In this document: positions 27,893-40,900 of the stretch, piece after piece
Layout: each line of letters starts with the position of its first letter
Numbering within the stretch: the stretch's first letter is position 1
Assembly (NCBI GenBank): GCA_009602725.1
Contig: WELB01000006.1
Location: forward strand, 812,460 to 876,459
DNA length: 64,000 bases
DNA from: Spirogloea muscicola
Lineage: Eukaryota
Direction of reading: 5' to 3'
Notes under the pieces: model-generated
What the model was told of the DNA's origin: nothing
The model's input: the letters and a program-made list of their open reading frames with translations, nothing else
Databases searched by the model: none
Translations under genes and position numbers: made by a program

Positions 27893-29045
27893 TACTCAGT
27901 AACCCCTGCTAAGCAGCCGCAGATCAGGGAAACTGGTCTCCTGGTAGCGGGTCCCCTGGCTTCTGTGTGTTGGGAGAGCCACTTCTTTCTTTCTTGTGTG
28001 TAATTCAGCGCATTCCCTGGCCCCTTCGGACTCTGTTCATTCTTTTTCTGGGCTGGCCTCTCCCAGCCACCGCCCTCTCTTGGAAGCGGCTTTCTCCCGG
28101 CCAGAAGCTGCAGCTAAGGCACGACCGGCACGTAGATGCAGCGCGCGAGCCATGGACCGCTGCAGCGAGACGGACAGGCGCATGCGGTACACCTGCGCGA
28201 GCGAGCCTGCTGCATGGAAAACCACCGGCTCCCCATGGTATCGAAAAAGAGAAGGCGCAGCTCTTCTAAGGGGGCGAGGGCTGACGACAGTCACAGTGTA
28301 TTCAGTGTAGCCTATTCATTCCACTTCTGGGCTGGCCTCTTACAGCCCTTGCCTTACTTAGCAAGAGCAGTTGCTTTCCACCGAGCGGAGGGGATGGTGG
28401 ATGTGTAAGGCAGCCATAGAAGAGTGACTCTTCCAGTAGAAGGCGACGCCTGTAAAAGGCCAGCCCCAAGCGTGAGAAGGCACGCAGTGTGCTTGAAGTG
28501 AGAGGGTGGCCAATCCAAGCCAAGATGGTGTTCAGGCCAAAGCTAGTGCAGAAGAGAGGTGGCTCTCCCAATGGGGGCATTGGGAGAGCCACCTCTCTTT
28601 TGCAAGGGCTGTGAGAAGCCAGCCCGAAATGAATTGACAAGGTTCGAAAGGGCCAAACTACGAGCTAAGCAGCGACTACGGGGCCTGAAAGAGAGAGAGA
28701 GAGAGAGGGTCAGGGGACCCGCTTCCAGGAACCCAGTCTCTCTGACCTGAGGCTGCTTAGCAGGGGTTACTGAGTGCTTCGTAGCTGCTTCGTTTCTTTT
28801 TAGTGCTTGTTGTTCTTCGTACTTCCCCTGGCCCCTTCTCGTCCTTTGTTCATTCTTTTCTGGGCTGGCTTTTGCCAGCCCCTATCCTCAATGGGCGAGC
28901 CCTTTCTCTCCCGAGAGAAAGACTCTTCCAGTAGAGTGCGATGGCTGTGATTGGCTAGCCCAGAAATAAAATTCACAGAGTGCGACGAGGCGAGAAAAAG
29001 CGCTAAAGCGCACCAAAAAGGAATGAACAAGGTCAGAACGTAGGC
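27893..29045. mobile_element. Nested CRE-like 3' fragments between the NRAMP and cyclin C promoters
   Basis: Subfamily C ends at about 27893-27960 (-) and 28712-28910 (+), coding remnant 28090-28240 (-), subfamily B UTR 28555-28690 (-), and (GA)n at about 28690-28708. Confidence 0.85.
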
Positions 29046-29258
29046 CAGCACATAACGATTGGAGAAGGTCTGGGCCACACAGCCTGACCGCGGACTGTGC
29101 CTCTTGGAATAGCACTTTCTCCTCGTTTCATGCATCTTTCTCCCTACGCCGTCTGTGGCCCGCCGCAACGTCAGCAGCCGCATTCTTCTTTCAAACAACC
29201 GCCGCAGCTGCCGAGCTCGCTGCCGGGGGGGTCGGGCCGCCGCGCCCTAGCTCGCTCA

Positions 29259-31790
29259 ATGGCGGCCAACTTCTGGACGTCGTCGCACTGGTCAGCGGCC
29301 TCCCGGAGCTGGCGCGCGGCGCCCGCCCCGGCTGCCACGCCGGCGCTGCTTGATGCCTGAGCCTGAGCCTGACACGCCATTCAATGGCGAGACGGCACTG
29401 TGGTGCAGCAAGCAGCTGCTGGACCGCGACGACCTGCGCGGGCGGCTGCACCCGCAGGACCAGGCACTCGGCTTGACGCTGGAGGATGTGCGGCTCGTCA
29501 AGATCAACATGGCTCAGTGTGCGTGCCAGCACCCCTCGCGCCCAGCCCTCACACGCGAGGGACACGGTCAAATCCCCTCACGACGCCTTACGACGTCAGC
29601 CCGAGTAGAAACTTGCACAACTTGTGCTTGAAGCCCAGGCCATGTCACAATGTCATGATGCCAAGCCGAATCAGTGTCGCTACTCGTACTCCCTGTCATG
29701 GCCCTGAGCAGAAGCAGGAGGATGGCCTCTGCACATCATCTGTGCCCGTGGGTGGGCCTGCTTTCATGCTGAAACATTCCTCTCTCGTCTGCTGGCCCAG
29801 GAGCGACACGCCATATCAGTTTCATGTTGCTCGCCGGATTTGCACCTGCAGCTAGCTTGTCGAGGTGTAGCAATGCTCGAAGCAGAGGGCGTTAGCTAGC
29901 TTTCATGGCACTCTGGCTCATCCGCCTCCTTGCGTATGTGCACAGGCATCAAGGTGTTGGCTCAGCAAGCCAAAGTCCGCCAGAGGTGCTAGGCATGCAC
30001 CCAGCTGAACCTGTAACATTCGCCCCTGCGCAAGCTACAAGAGCTTGTTCTTGCGCCAAAGCTCTAACCTGGCTGTTACTGCTATAACTGCGTCGGCTGT
30101 TCGATGGCAGGGTGGTTGCCACAGCAATTGTCTATTTCCGTCGGGTGTATTACAAGTTAGTTCAAACAATTCCTGGCCATGAGGCTACATCCCTCTCTTA
30201 TCATCTGTTTGCGACTCCAGACACAGACAACTACATGCTTTCTCGACACCTGCAGTTGAGATTTGTATGCTATGTCGAGACATTCAGGGCAACTGACAAC
30301 CTTGATCATATTGTGGCAGGAAAAGCTTTGTTGATTACGACCCTCGCTTGGTGGCTCCAAGCTGCTTGTACTTGGCATCCAAGGCCGAAGAGAGCTGCGT
30401 GCAAGCAAAAGTGCTGGTCTTCTATATGAAGAAGCTCTGTAAGTATGCGAAATCAATACTCTTATTGACAAGGTTTCACTTCTTCTTAAGCGTGTCATGA
30501 AGCTTCCGAGTTTAGGGTTCAAGGACATGGGATCTGAGGGCTTTGAATTAGATGGCAGCATGGTTGCAATCCACTGTGTGCACCTTCTCTGGAAAGACCT
30601 TGGAGCAGAATCCCTTGGGTCTAAGAGCAGTATCAGTTAGGCCTTATGTTGCATGCGAAGGCCTCGCTACAAGCACCTGTTCTGTTTTCTATATGCAGGG
30701 CCAGCTCCTGAAGACAGGGGATACCAATATGAGAGCAAGGACATACTGGAAATGGAGATGAAATTGCTGGAGTGCCTAGATTACTACCTTGTCGTGTACC
30801 ACCCTTACAGACCTGCATTGCAGTGAGCTCACCATCTCACTTATGTCGACCATTGCGGCTTGTCTGAGGATTGCAGTAAGAGAGGGCAACTTGCACCTGA
30901 CAATGTATAGGTGCTCTTGGTTGTTCCTCCTTCATGCCAGTGTCCCATCAAGCCTGCAACAAACATGCACTTCCACTGATCAACTAGCAGCATACACAAT
31001 AATCTGTATACTGTTGCTCATGCCATTCTCCAGATACCTGACAGATTCTGGACTGACAGACCTCGTGCAAGTTACATGGTACGCAATCCTGGTGCATACT
31101 TGCACCTGCATTTGTATGTTTTAGTGATTCATTGTCTGCTAACTGACCGAAGAGTATAACCACAGTCTTGTGGCATCCTTTCACAGCAATAAGCAGAGCA
31201 GTTGCCCAAGCGCGTTTGGTGTGTGAAGAAGCAGTAGACATGAGACATATAGCGATCGCAGACAATATTGGTGTGACGAACCTATTGAGTCTTAGGTACA
31301 GCTACGTGACACAACGTTTGCAAGAGGAAGCATGTCTTCCTTGCATAGCTTCCTTATTGGTTATGCTGATCGTGCTCCTGGTCAGGTCTTTGATCAACGA
31401 CACCTACAAGACTGACCTCCCATTGGTCTATGCACCATACTTGATCGCCATTTCCTGCATGTATTTGGCATGCACAGTCCGCAACAGGGATACTCGGACT
31501 TGGTTCGAGGATCTTAGGATTGACATGAATCATGTACGTGGACTTCTCATTCATGTGGTACAAGACAACTGATCAAGTTACCTGCCTTGGTGTGAGACAT
31601 CATCCCTCAAGTCAATCAAGGGTGGGAGAAAAGCAGATTCTCAAGCTTTACCATCTCATGTTTGCCTTGATGAGTGCAGATTTATGCAATAATCTTGGAG
31701 ATGCTCGACTTCTATGAGAAGTATCGAGTTATCGACGAGGAGAGAGTAAATATAGCCCTGAGCAAACTACCTGAGAGACCCTCAACATGA
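29259..31790 (+). CDS. CYCC1: Cyclin C (Mediator kinase module); multi-exon
   Basis: MAANFWTSSH..KQLLD; KVRQR|VVATAIVYFRRVY; DPRLVAPSCLYLASKAEES; KDILEMEMKLLECLDYYLVVYHPYR; INDTYKTDL; WFEDLRIDMN; EMLDFYE. Collinear with plant CYCC1. Confidence 0.95.
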
Positions 31791-33159
31791 TTGGGTGGAG
31801 CTCCATCTGGTCAGCCCAATGTCTTGAGGTGTCAAAACTGCAGTACATCGAGGCCAAGTTATGGAGCATATGAAGCGTGAGCACCCCTGCTTATAGGTAT
31901 GCCCATATGCTTCACCCCATACCCTTTACTACCACACTGCTCAGGCCGTGTTTGTATGGAAGTTTCTGATAAGCCTGCTTGTCAAGCACTGAAAGCTCTA
32001 ATTTGGAGTAATGACTTTATTAGATTGCTTGAAGCATTCACAGTTGCCGATGGTCTATTGTCTTCTGCAGAGGATATGCCACCAGACACATACTCTGAAA
32101 CTAGCCAGCAATATGGAATACCACGATGCATTGACTTCCATGGCCCATAGGGCCTACATTGTCAGAATGCTCGTCTTCCTGGCATAGGAAAAGGCCGCCA
32201 TAGGCACGCACTTGTTGTGTTCGTCAGTACCTCAGATGGGACTGTATGGTGTCCAAACAGCATGTGTAGTGCTGGGCAGCATTGCGCTGTGTACAACTGG
32301 CAGCCAGCTCAAAGCAACCTATGAAGCGAGGGCTTGCACAACAAGACCGGGTCAAACAGACCAGTCCTCGAGCACTTGCAATTACTCGATGCTCACACTT
32401 CTTCACCCTCATCATGCACATGAATAAAGCTCTGGCAGCCATTGAAAGAAGCTTGTAAGCTGTTTGTAGCACATACTTAACGGTGTTGTCAATGCCTGTC
32501 TCATTTTTCGACAACCCAGCCCATAGCAAAGCATGACGCCATCTCAGCGTGCCAGAGACTGTACAGGTCCAGATGTGACCCAGAATTGAATATGCATGAA
32601 ATGAGCTTCATGCGATTGTCTGTGCGGCGCAAACCTTACAGGCTAGCAAAGAGACGAGCTATCTTAACGTGGGGTCTGCATTCCTGTACCACCACCTCAA
32701 TGAACTGGGGAAGGTAGTGCGCAATGTCATCAATCGCGTGTTTTGGGTTGGGATAGCCATAGAAGCAGTTAAGTGCCCTGATGATCACTAGATCCTCTGG
32801 GAAGAGTTACGCGCAACTCCCTGAACAAAACTTGGATACAAAGCAGCGCCGCTGGCCCAGTGTTTTCTAAAGAGGTACAAGAATATGCAAATTTTAGGAC
32901 TGAGGCGGGACCACAGGGATACAAATGCATACATATATACCTATACAAGGGGTGGCATAATGCAAAGCAGACTTCCTGCTTTCACCCGGGCACCTTTCTC
33001 ATGTATTTCTACTTGTTGGGCTGTCGCGGGCTTGGTGCCAGACCTTCATTTCCATCCGACGCCTCGGTCTGTAGACGACGGCAGAGGCCTCGGAGGACGC
33101 GCGTGAGGCCCATCGACTCCTCAGCTGTCAGACCCGGCGCCGGATCGCCCCCGCAATAC

Positions 33160-33970
33160 CTCAGATGGTCCTTGTCCATTCTCTGTCCCTTCCTTGCACA
33201 TTCCTTTGAACTGGCCTCTCACAGACATTGCCTTACATTGGAAGAGCTGTCTCCTTTCTTGTGAGGCTCGCGTTTCGGCCCCTTTTGGCCATTGTTGATT
33301 CTTTTCGGGCTGGCTGTTCCAGCCCTCGCCCCCTTTTTATGTAGGTCTTAAGATGTGCTTGCCGTTGTACTTGGCCATTTGGCCTTCGTTTGTTTCAAAT
33401 ACACGAAACTTCTTTCCCTTCGGGTGTAGTCCTTTGTCGGCACATCTATTTACCGGCAGCTAGTCTGTCGGATGTGAGGCTCCTCACTCGTAACTACTAA
33501 GTGGTCCATCCTCCCCCGTTCTGCCATAGCCTCTTCAGGCCCCGCAGTCGCTGCTTAGCTCGTAGTTTGGCCCCCTTCGAACCTTGTCAATTCTTTTCGG
33601 GCTGGCTTCTCACAGCCCTTGCCCCCATTGGGAGAGCCACTTCTTCAGGCCCCGCAGTCGCTGCTTAGCTCGTAGGTTGGCCCCTTCGAACCTTGTCAAT
33701 TCTTTTCGGGCTGGCTTCTCACAGCCCTTGCCCCCATTGGGAGAGCCACTTCTTCCTCTCTTTCTTTGGCTCTTGGACATTGTCTGTTCTTTTTGGGCTT
33801 TGCCAGCACCCTCTTCTCTATGCGCGAGCACTTCCTCCTTTTGGGAGAGCCGCTTTCCTTTCTGAGGCAGAGACTTCTTCCAGTGGAGGGCGATGGCTAT
33901 GATTGGCCAGCCAGAAGATGATTATTTTTGGGCTGGCTTTTCACTGCCCTCGCCCCCTTCGAATGAGCTT
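33160..33970. mobile_element. Cluster of CRE-like 3' ends, including a subfamily B copy with a tandemly duplicated 3' UTR
   Basis: DVRLLTRNY* near 33470-33500 and a ~110-bp UTR repeated head-to-tail at about 33535-33643 and 33644-33753. Confidence 0.85.
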
Positions 33971-34419
33971 ACTGTTAACCTCAACCGCGGGGAGCGCGCA
34001 AATCCGCCCGCGCCAAACCCCCCCCCCACTCCCCCGGGGGCACCGATTTGCGCCTTTGACAGCCATGATTGAGGGGCCTCCCCCCCATTCCTCCAGCCCG
34101 GACGTATCTCAATGACGAGCGCCGGGCCCCGCTGAAATCGGGAGGCGGTGACGTGCCGCCGGAGCGCCCGGCTGGGCCAATGGCGGAGCCGGTCGCGGGA
34201 GGGGAGGGCGGCCGGGCGGCCGGAGCCTGTGCGAGGGCCCTATGACTGCGTTACCAGCGCGCCCGGCGGCAGCGGCGACGGGCCCGCGGCGTGCTGTACG
34301 TGCGGGGCCCAACTCGGCGTCGCCTTCTCCCAGCTCCAGGGACCCCACCCAGGTGCTGGAAACTGGGGGGCGGGGAGGGGCGGCCCCCCCGCCCGGGCTT
34401 CCGGATCCCTCGCCTCTCG

Positions 34420-34860
34420 ACCTTCTCGTCACATTGTTACCTTAGCCACCTCAGCATAGCTAAGGCTTAGTCTCATGTAGCCCCATCATTTGCACTGGTT
34501 ATTGCCTATTATTGGCTTTGGATTGACCACCCTTTCCGTTTGATCCGCGCCGCCCGCCTGCTCTCTCGGCCCGGCAGCTGGGCGGCGCGCCACCCCCCCT
34601 CGTCCTAAATCGTGGTTACTGAGCGAGTCAACTTATAAGCAGCAAGTGATGGACATCTGTCAATGTGCTTGCCTTCTGTACTTGGCCACACAGGCCCTCC
34701 ATCATTTTGTACACACTCCAACTCCCCTCCTGCCTGCCCCTGCGCCTCCCTTTGGCGAGCTGCCTGCCCGCTCGCGCGGGCCTTTCCAGGCAGACCCTGT
34801 CCATTCCATTGGGCTGGCCAATTTTTAAACAGCCATTGCCAGTGGAAAAGCTGTTCCTTC
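34420..34860 (+). mobile_element. Subfamily D tail (about 34420-34560) and subfamily E tail (about 34610-34850)
   Basis: atgtagcc...ttggattgacc...ccgcgcc, then ggttactgagcg...tgtgcttgccttctgtacttggccacacaggccctccatc and the terminal hairpin. Confidence 0.65.
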
Positions 34861-34899
34861 CGGAAGGCCGGCGATGTCACGGTATTTGTCCCGAGGTGG

Positions 34900-35990
34900 T
34901 CGGCATCGTCACCCTTGGAGAGGATGGCGTCAACCATGGCGTCAACCATGGCGCCATGGCCGCCTCCTCCTGTCCACTGCCTCTCGTGAGATCGTATATC
35001 GCCCTTTTTTCTCCACTCCGTCCCACTTCAATGTCTTCTGAACATGGAGGCCCCCGCTTGGTCAAGCGAGACCTGCTCGCACGCGGCGTGCTGACCTGGT
35101 CGTTGACCCACTCGGCGGCGGCATGTAAATCCAGGCGGATGTTGTAATCAACGACTGCTAGTGCTTTCTCGTTCAAGCTGATCTGGCGTTTGGGCTTGAG
35201 TCTGCACTGCAGCGCATATAAAGGGCTGCCCAGACAGCCACCACTTGATCTCTGGCTCTTCCAAGACAGTGTATGGCTGCATCAGCCACTCGCTTTGCTG
35301 TCCAGCCTGCGGACGCGGCCAAACAAGCAGGCAATGATCATCAATCTTTACACGTTGAGCTCTTGAACCCTACAGCTCGCCGCGTTGCTGCTGATCGGCA
35401 GGCCTCGAGCAGGCAGTGAGCAGGCAATGTCAACGTCTTCATCGTCCAGCTGGCTTGTGCACATCATCTCCGTTCGTTTGATACTGTGCAGGCAATGCAG
35501 GCTGGTAGCGCGCTCCTCGCTTCTGTAGGCCAGTCGCGTGTCAGCTGCTGCTGCTGGAATTCTATGCTCGAAAGCTATTTGTTATATTCCGGGCTCTTGT
35601 AGTGGGCGTGGTTGCCGTTGTAGCTCGCGAGTGGTATGGTTGTCGCTGCTTGACTGGCTGCTTCAGCCTCTTCTACTGGCTCTCTCTTCTTCCAGCATTT
35701 GCTTATATTTCGAAGAGCTCTCTATTTACACCACTGCACATATTATGCAGAGCGGCTTTTCTCAATACTCGCAACTGCCAGGCAACAGGCCTTGTTGGAT
35801 GCGAGCTTTCGTGTACCTAGGTCAAGAAATGCTTTGCATTTTGCATTTGCTTCTCTGAATCTTGGCAGCGGCTGCAGGCGTCAGCCTTGCACCTCTGCAC
35901 CGGCTGTGTCAGTTGGCTGCATGAAGCAGTTTGTGTTGCGGAAGTCATTATCTTGCACCAACGTGCTCGACATCTGGATCGTTTCTGAAG
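34900..35990 (-). pseudogene. Possible degenerate hAT-like transposase C-terminal remnant
   Basis: Broken frames give LVQDNDF...MQP...VQG, EEPEIKWWLSG and LKPKRQISLNEKALAVVDYNIRL, resembling the hAT dimerisation region. Many stops; no TIRs identified. Confidence 0.3.
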
Positions 35991-36039
35991 TCGAGCTCGC
36001 TGGTTACCTCTGTATAGCGTCCGCTCAAGGAAACAGCTC

Positions 36040-36660
36040 TTCTGAAGAAAGGCGATGGCTGTGAGAGGCCAGCCCACAGTGAGTAAGCTCTTCCAAAAAT
36101 GATGCGAGGGCTGTGAAACACAGCCTTGCTGCCCATTGTAATTGCCAGCCCAGAAAGAATGGACAAGGTTCGAAGGCGGCGCCAACACCACACAGCTATG
36201 CAAGCGGCTAGAGCGAATGGGAGATGTAACACCGAGTGAGCAGCCGCAAGTCGGAGGAACTTCCAGCTGGAATGAAGTCACCCCGACGCAGCCCAGAAGT
36301 AGCAGCCAAAGCGCGGCCTGCCCGCAAGTGCACTGCATGAGCCTGGGAAGGTTGAAAGCAGATGGACCTGACGACGATTGAAAAGGAAGAGATGGACAGG
36401 GTTCGGAAGAAGTAGCTATTATGAAGGGGTTGAGGGATTTGTCCGAAAGGGACAGAAGGCTCGCATTGGAAGCGGGCGCCGACATAAGCCAGCAACCGGC
36501 GATGAGCGCGGTTCAGGGGCCAGGCGGCGCCCGTTGTGGGTGTAGGAAACCGCCTCTTCGTTCCAAGCTGGCTTTCACGCGCCCTCTGGGCCCCTTCTTT
36601 CTTTTCCTGGGCTGGCCATATCACAGCCATCGCCCTCGACTGGAGAGAGAGAGAGAGAGG

Positions 36661-36716
<56 letters not shown>

Positions 36717-37625
36717 GCATGCGGTGCACATGATAAGAATGGAGGCCAATTCGAATAAGGGACTCCATCACAAAAGTCCTGGTAACGGGGCATTAAGCTG
36801 GCTAAGTGGGACACTGAAGGGGGAGACTAAGGGGGGCACTTCTATCCACGAGTTAGCACAGATATGTGACAAGCTAAGCTGACGCGCCTTCTATTGGAAG
36901 AGTCTTTCTCACTTTCACAGCTTTCAGCGCTTTTCTACCCCTTCGGAGCTTGTCATGTCTTTTCGGGAGAAACACTCTTCGGGCTGGCTGTGCACAGCCC
37001 TCGCTCCCTTTGGAAGAGCCACTTTCTTTCACAGCCTCCCGCCCATTTGGGGTGGGGTCATGCTTTAGAAGTGGCTCTCCCAAAGTAAGGCAATGGCTGT
37101 GAGAGGCCACCCCAAAGGAATGTGCTGATCCAAAGGACCGGAAGGCGCCAAAGCCACATAGCTATGCAAGAGACTACAGCGGATGGGAGGTTAGTAATCC
37201 CGGGTCAGCAGCCGCAAGCCGGAGTGATTTGCAGCTGGAAAAGAGGGACCCCAACGAGACCCAGAAGCAGCAGCCATGGCACGGCCAGCTTTGCACCAGA
37301 CAGCTGGTCGAGCCTTAGCTGGTGGCACAAAGGGCTTGTCAATTGCCGTCCAGTATTCGGGCATCAGTAAGCGACTTCAACGTGCTGACTCGTAGTTACT
37401 GAGCGGGTCAGCTTAGCAGCAAGGTGATGTACATCTGTCAATGTGCTTGCCTTCGCACTTAGCCACTCAGGGCCTCCTTCACTCTCCATTTTCCCCTTGA
37501 ATGAGCTTACTCTCTACCACTGTTGCTTTATGCGCCATCCGGCCCCTCCAGACCTTGTCCACTCTTATGGGCTGGCCTCTCACAGCCACCAGTCACTTCG
37601 GCAGCGCTTTTCATTTCACAGCCGC
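36040..37625. mobile_element. Nested CRE-like 3' fragments upstream of the DM13-DOMON gene
   Basis: HAVHLRAGRALAATSG...SDLRLLTRCY (about 36210-36350, -), DLRLLTRDY* (about 37190-37280, -), DFNVLTRSY* plus E UTR (37372-37480, +) and multiple hairpins. Confidence 0.8.
36642..36716. repeat. (GA)n microsatellite between two tail-to-tail element ends
   Basis: About 35 GA units with few interruptions. Confidence 0.95.
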
Positions 37626-37920
37626 CCGAGCGCCGAGGCCGAGGCTGGCGAGCGCCCCCGCCAGGCCCCTCCCCGCTGGCCCGTGGGCCCCGCTGGTCGC
37701 CCGCCACTGGTGGCCGCTGACGCCTCGCGGGGGCTGACGGCCCTCGCTCCCGCGCTCCCGCCAGCCGCCGTTGGCAGCTGTCCGTCGCAGCCCCACGGCG
37801 GCGGCGGCCACCGCCGCCGCCGCCGCACCTCCCGCGGCGGCCGCGGCAGCGCCGCCGCTGATCCGGCCGGGAGGCAGGCGGCCGTTAGCACTGGCTCCAC
37901 CAGCTGGCCCAGCAGCAGTG

Positions 37921-40900
37921 ATGGCCGCGTCAGCCAAACTGCGGCCACCGCGCCACCGCTGGGGCGCGCCGCTGGCGCTGCTGCTGCTGCTGGGGCTCGC
38001 CTGCGCCGCCGCCGTCACGCCGCCGCCGCCGCTGGCAGTCCAGTTCTCGGAGGGGCGCTACGCGCCTTGCAAGTCCACCGCGGTGCAGGTGGGCTTTCGC
38101 GGATCCCTGCAGCGCACGGCGCACCGCGTGGCCGCCGCGCTCGCCGTCCTCGACGACTGCAACTTCGTCCTCTCCAACTTCACGTACGCATCCGCGACCG
38201 GCTGCTGCGAGCCCCGCACCGAATTCGCCTCGCTGTGCCTAAATCTCTCAGCTGCGTCCGTTCCTTGGCTCTTCGCCTGCTGCTGGACGGCATCCCAAGA
38301 CGTCGTGCAGGCAGCCCGGAAGTCGTTGCACTGGCTGTTTAGCATATAGGACAGCATTCGCGGAGCCGAAGAGCTGTGTCACATGTGTTCTAAGTGGCCT
38401 ACAGGGCAACTCAGAGGAACGTGGAGTTAGCAAGGCATGGCCTGCACAAGCTGGCTGCAGCCACTTTCAAGCCGTCCTTGCATACCGCTTTTTGAGGCAA
38501 ATAGTCCAGACGACTGAGCTGCTGACTTTCACCCCGCTTCGCCTGGGGCCATCCTGCTGCCGGGGCGACAGCTTCGATGGCAGGGGCCCGGCAATCGCGC
38601 TGCTGGGTGTGGTCGCCGGCGGAGATCCGCACGATGCCACCCAGAGCTTCCCGGTCACGGACCTGGCCCTGGGCGTCTGGCGAGGCTCCGAGACCGTGGT
38701 CGTCAACATTGAGGCGGGGGCGTCGCTGACGTGGGACAACGTCGCCGCGATCCATGTCTGGTGCCAAGCCTGCTACAAGGGCTTCGGGCGGAGCTATGGC
38801 TCCGTCACCGTGGGCCCAGCGCCAGCCGGTGCTGCTCAGTCCCGAGCGCTGGTCGCTCTCAGGGCGGAGGTGGTAGCGCTGGCCGTCGCCGCCAGGGCGC
38901 TCCCACTGAACCCACCGCCAGCCCCTGCTCCTGCTGGAGGCACTGCCCGGAGACCCCAGTTTGACAACTGCGTCACCCTTGCTGCTGGTCGCTTCAATGT
39001 GTAAGCCTTGCTTGCTGGAGGTGCCTCAGGAATGGCTGCCGATCCTGTTATAAACACTATTCATCCTGCAAAGAGGCCTGGACTTGTGCAAGAGATCATG
39101 CAATGCACTACCTGTACCTATGTTACAGCTGGTCCTAATCCTTATTACCTCAGTGAAAACACAAAACAACAAGATAGCAGGACTCTACCAGCAGCTATTG
39201 TGCTGATCAGCTGCACCTTTTGACGGTTGTGCAGACATTGGACGATGAATGTTTCTGGCGGGTTTGTCACCTTTGGTCTTGAGGCCCTTGTGCCCGCCAA
39301 CAGCTGGCTGGGCTTTGGCTTCTCGCAAAATCAGACGCACTACCAGGCTATTGGCAGCGATGTCGCCATCACCGGCGTGCTCGAGACTGGCAACAGCGGA
39401 TCCACTGCCTTTGCTGTTGACTCTGCAATCACGTCCCTGCAGCCGTGCCACAAAGCAGGTGTGCTGTATGCTGGCGTCTGCCCTGACTCCCTACTTGGAG
39501 GACCGACAGCTGGTCTGAACAATGTGCATCTAGATTATGCCACACGGTGAGCTTTACTTAGTAGCAAATGATGACAACCACCGTCTGCACATATCACAAA
39601 AGTATTTGCCACTTGCTCGACTGTAAGAAAATCGGTACAAGGATTGACATGCATTGATCCCAAAGTCACAATTCATACATCGAGGTTGTCATCCTTCCTA
39701 AGATTACCCCAAGTCTTGTCGCAGGCATGGCGGCATCACCTTCATTGCTTACACCAGGCCACTTCGTGCGGAGGACGCCCAGTTTGATGTGGACCTTCGT
39801 CCAGGAGCTGGCGCGCCAGTGCTACGATGGGCAGTCTTCGCCACGGGCCCGCTCAGCACGGCATCCACAAGCTCGCAGCCTGTGCCGCTGGCCACGGCTG
39901 GATATTCACACGGCGGCGCACGCATTGTGCTCACTTCTGGGCAGCAGCTCCAGGCCTGTGGGCCGCTGCTTGGTGCAATGCCACCGGTTACTTCCAAGGC
40001 CCCCTCACCGGCACCTGCGTCGCCGGCTGCCAGCAGACCTGACTTCATCGTCACAATGCCATCCACTTTGACCAAGTGCCAAGTCGCAGCAGGCGACTAC
40101 CCCAGCTTTCGTGCTTGCCGGGCTTTGCGAGGTGGACTTTCGCTCATGTGGTCCCTTGATGGCCAGCATTTTGCTTTGGCCTTCTCTGGTCAGCTCAAAA
40201 GCCCTGGCGGGTGGTTGCTCCTCGGCCTGTCGCTGACTATGACAGCTAGCAGCATCAGGTTCTGCTTACTGCCCAATTGTTCAGTAACGGTCCATCTAAG
40301 ACAACATTTCAAGTCTAGCACAAGCCTTAAGCAATTTACTTTATTTCAAGATATCATGCTTACTAGGAAAGTGCAGCACAGCAGTGGAATGAACATTGTT
40401 GAGCTTGTGGCTGAGTGCACAAATTGTGACCAGCGAAGATTTCTAACATCTATCCTGCTTTCGTTTGCAGTGCTTTGGTGGCTTTCCCAAGCGCATCTGG
40501 AGTTGCAGCAGTAGAGCAGGTGACCCTGAGCGGGCATACCGTTGCTGCAAATGGAGGCATGCTGCAGGTCGTTGGAGCCTCTGCAACCATTGTGGACCAG
40601 CTTCTCACTGTAGTGGCCTTCCTCGATTTGCCCGACCCACTTGTGAGATACACCTCAGTCTGGCTCTCATTTGGCAGGATTCACACGGACCGCGCTAAAG
40701 TTGGTTTATCTTACGCCTTGCGCTTCAGAATGCTCTGCTTGTTGGATTGTCACAGACACCTGTCAAGACTGTGGTCTACTTCCCTGCCGCTAGTACAGCC
40801 GGTCACACAGCTTTGGGTAAAGCTAAGTAGCTTATAGGAATCTGTCTTAGCTTTCCACAGATTTGCAAATAAGAAACTTTACATAAGCTTTGTGCTTCAA

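Noticed and set aside
28560..28660. Hammerhead ribozyme or tRNA-derived SINE on the antisense strand (CTGTGA...GAAA; GGTTCGAA B-box-like)
   Set aside because: No CTGANGA core with matching stems and no cloverleaf. The sequence is the UTR directly following retroelement ORF stops.
33575..33645. HDV-like ribozyme in the 3' module (GGC-TTCTCACA-GCC resembles P3/L3)
   Set aside because: No upstream P1 partner, and the catalytic-C position is not conserved (gggagagc or ggaagagc in most copies). An Infernal scan would be needed to exclude it fully.
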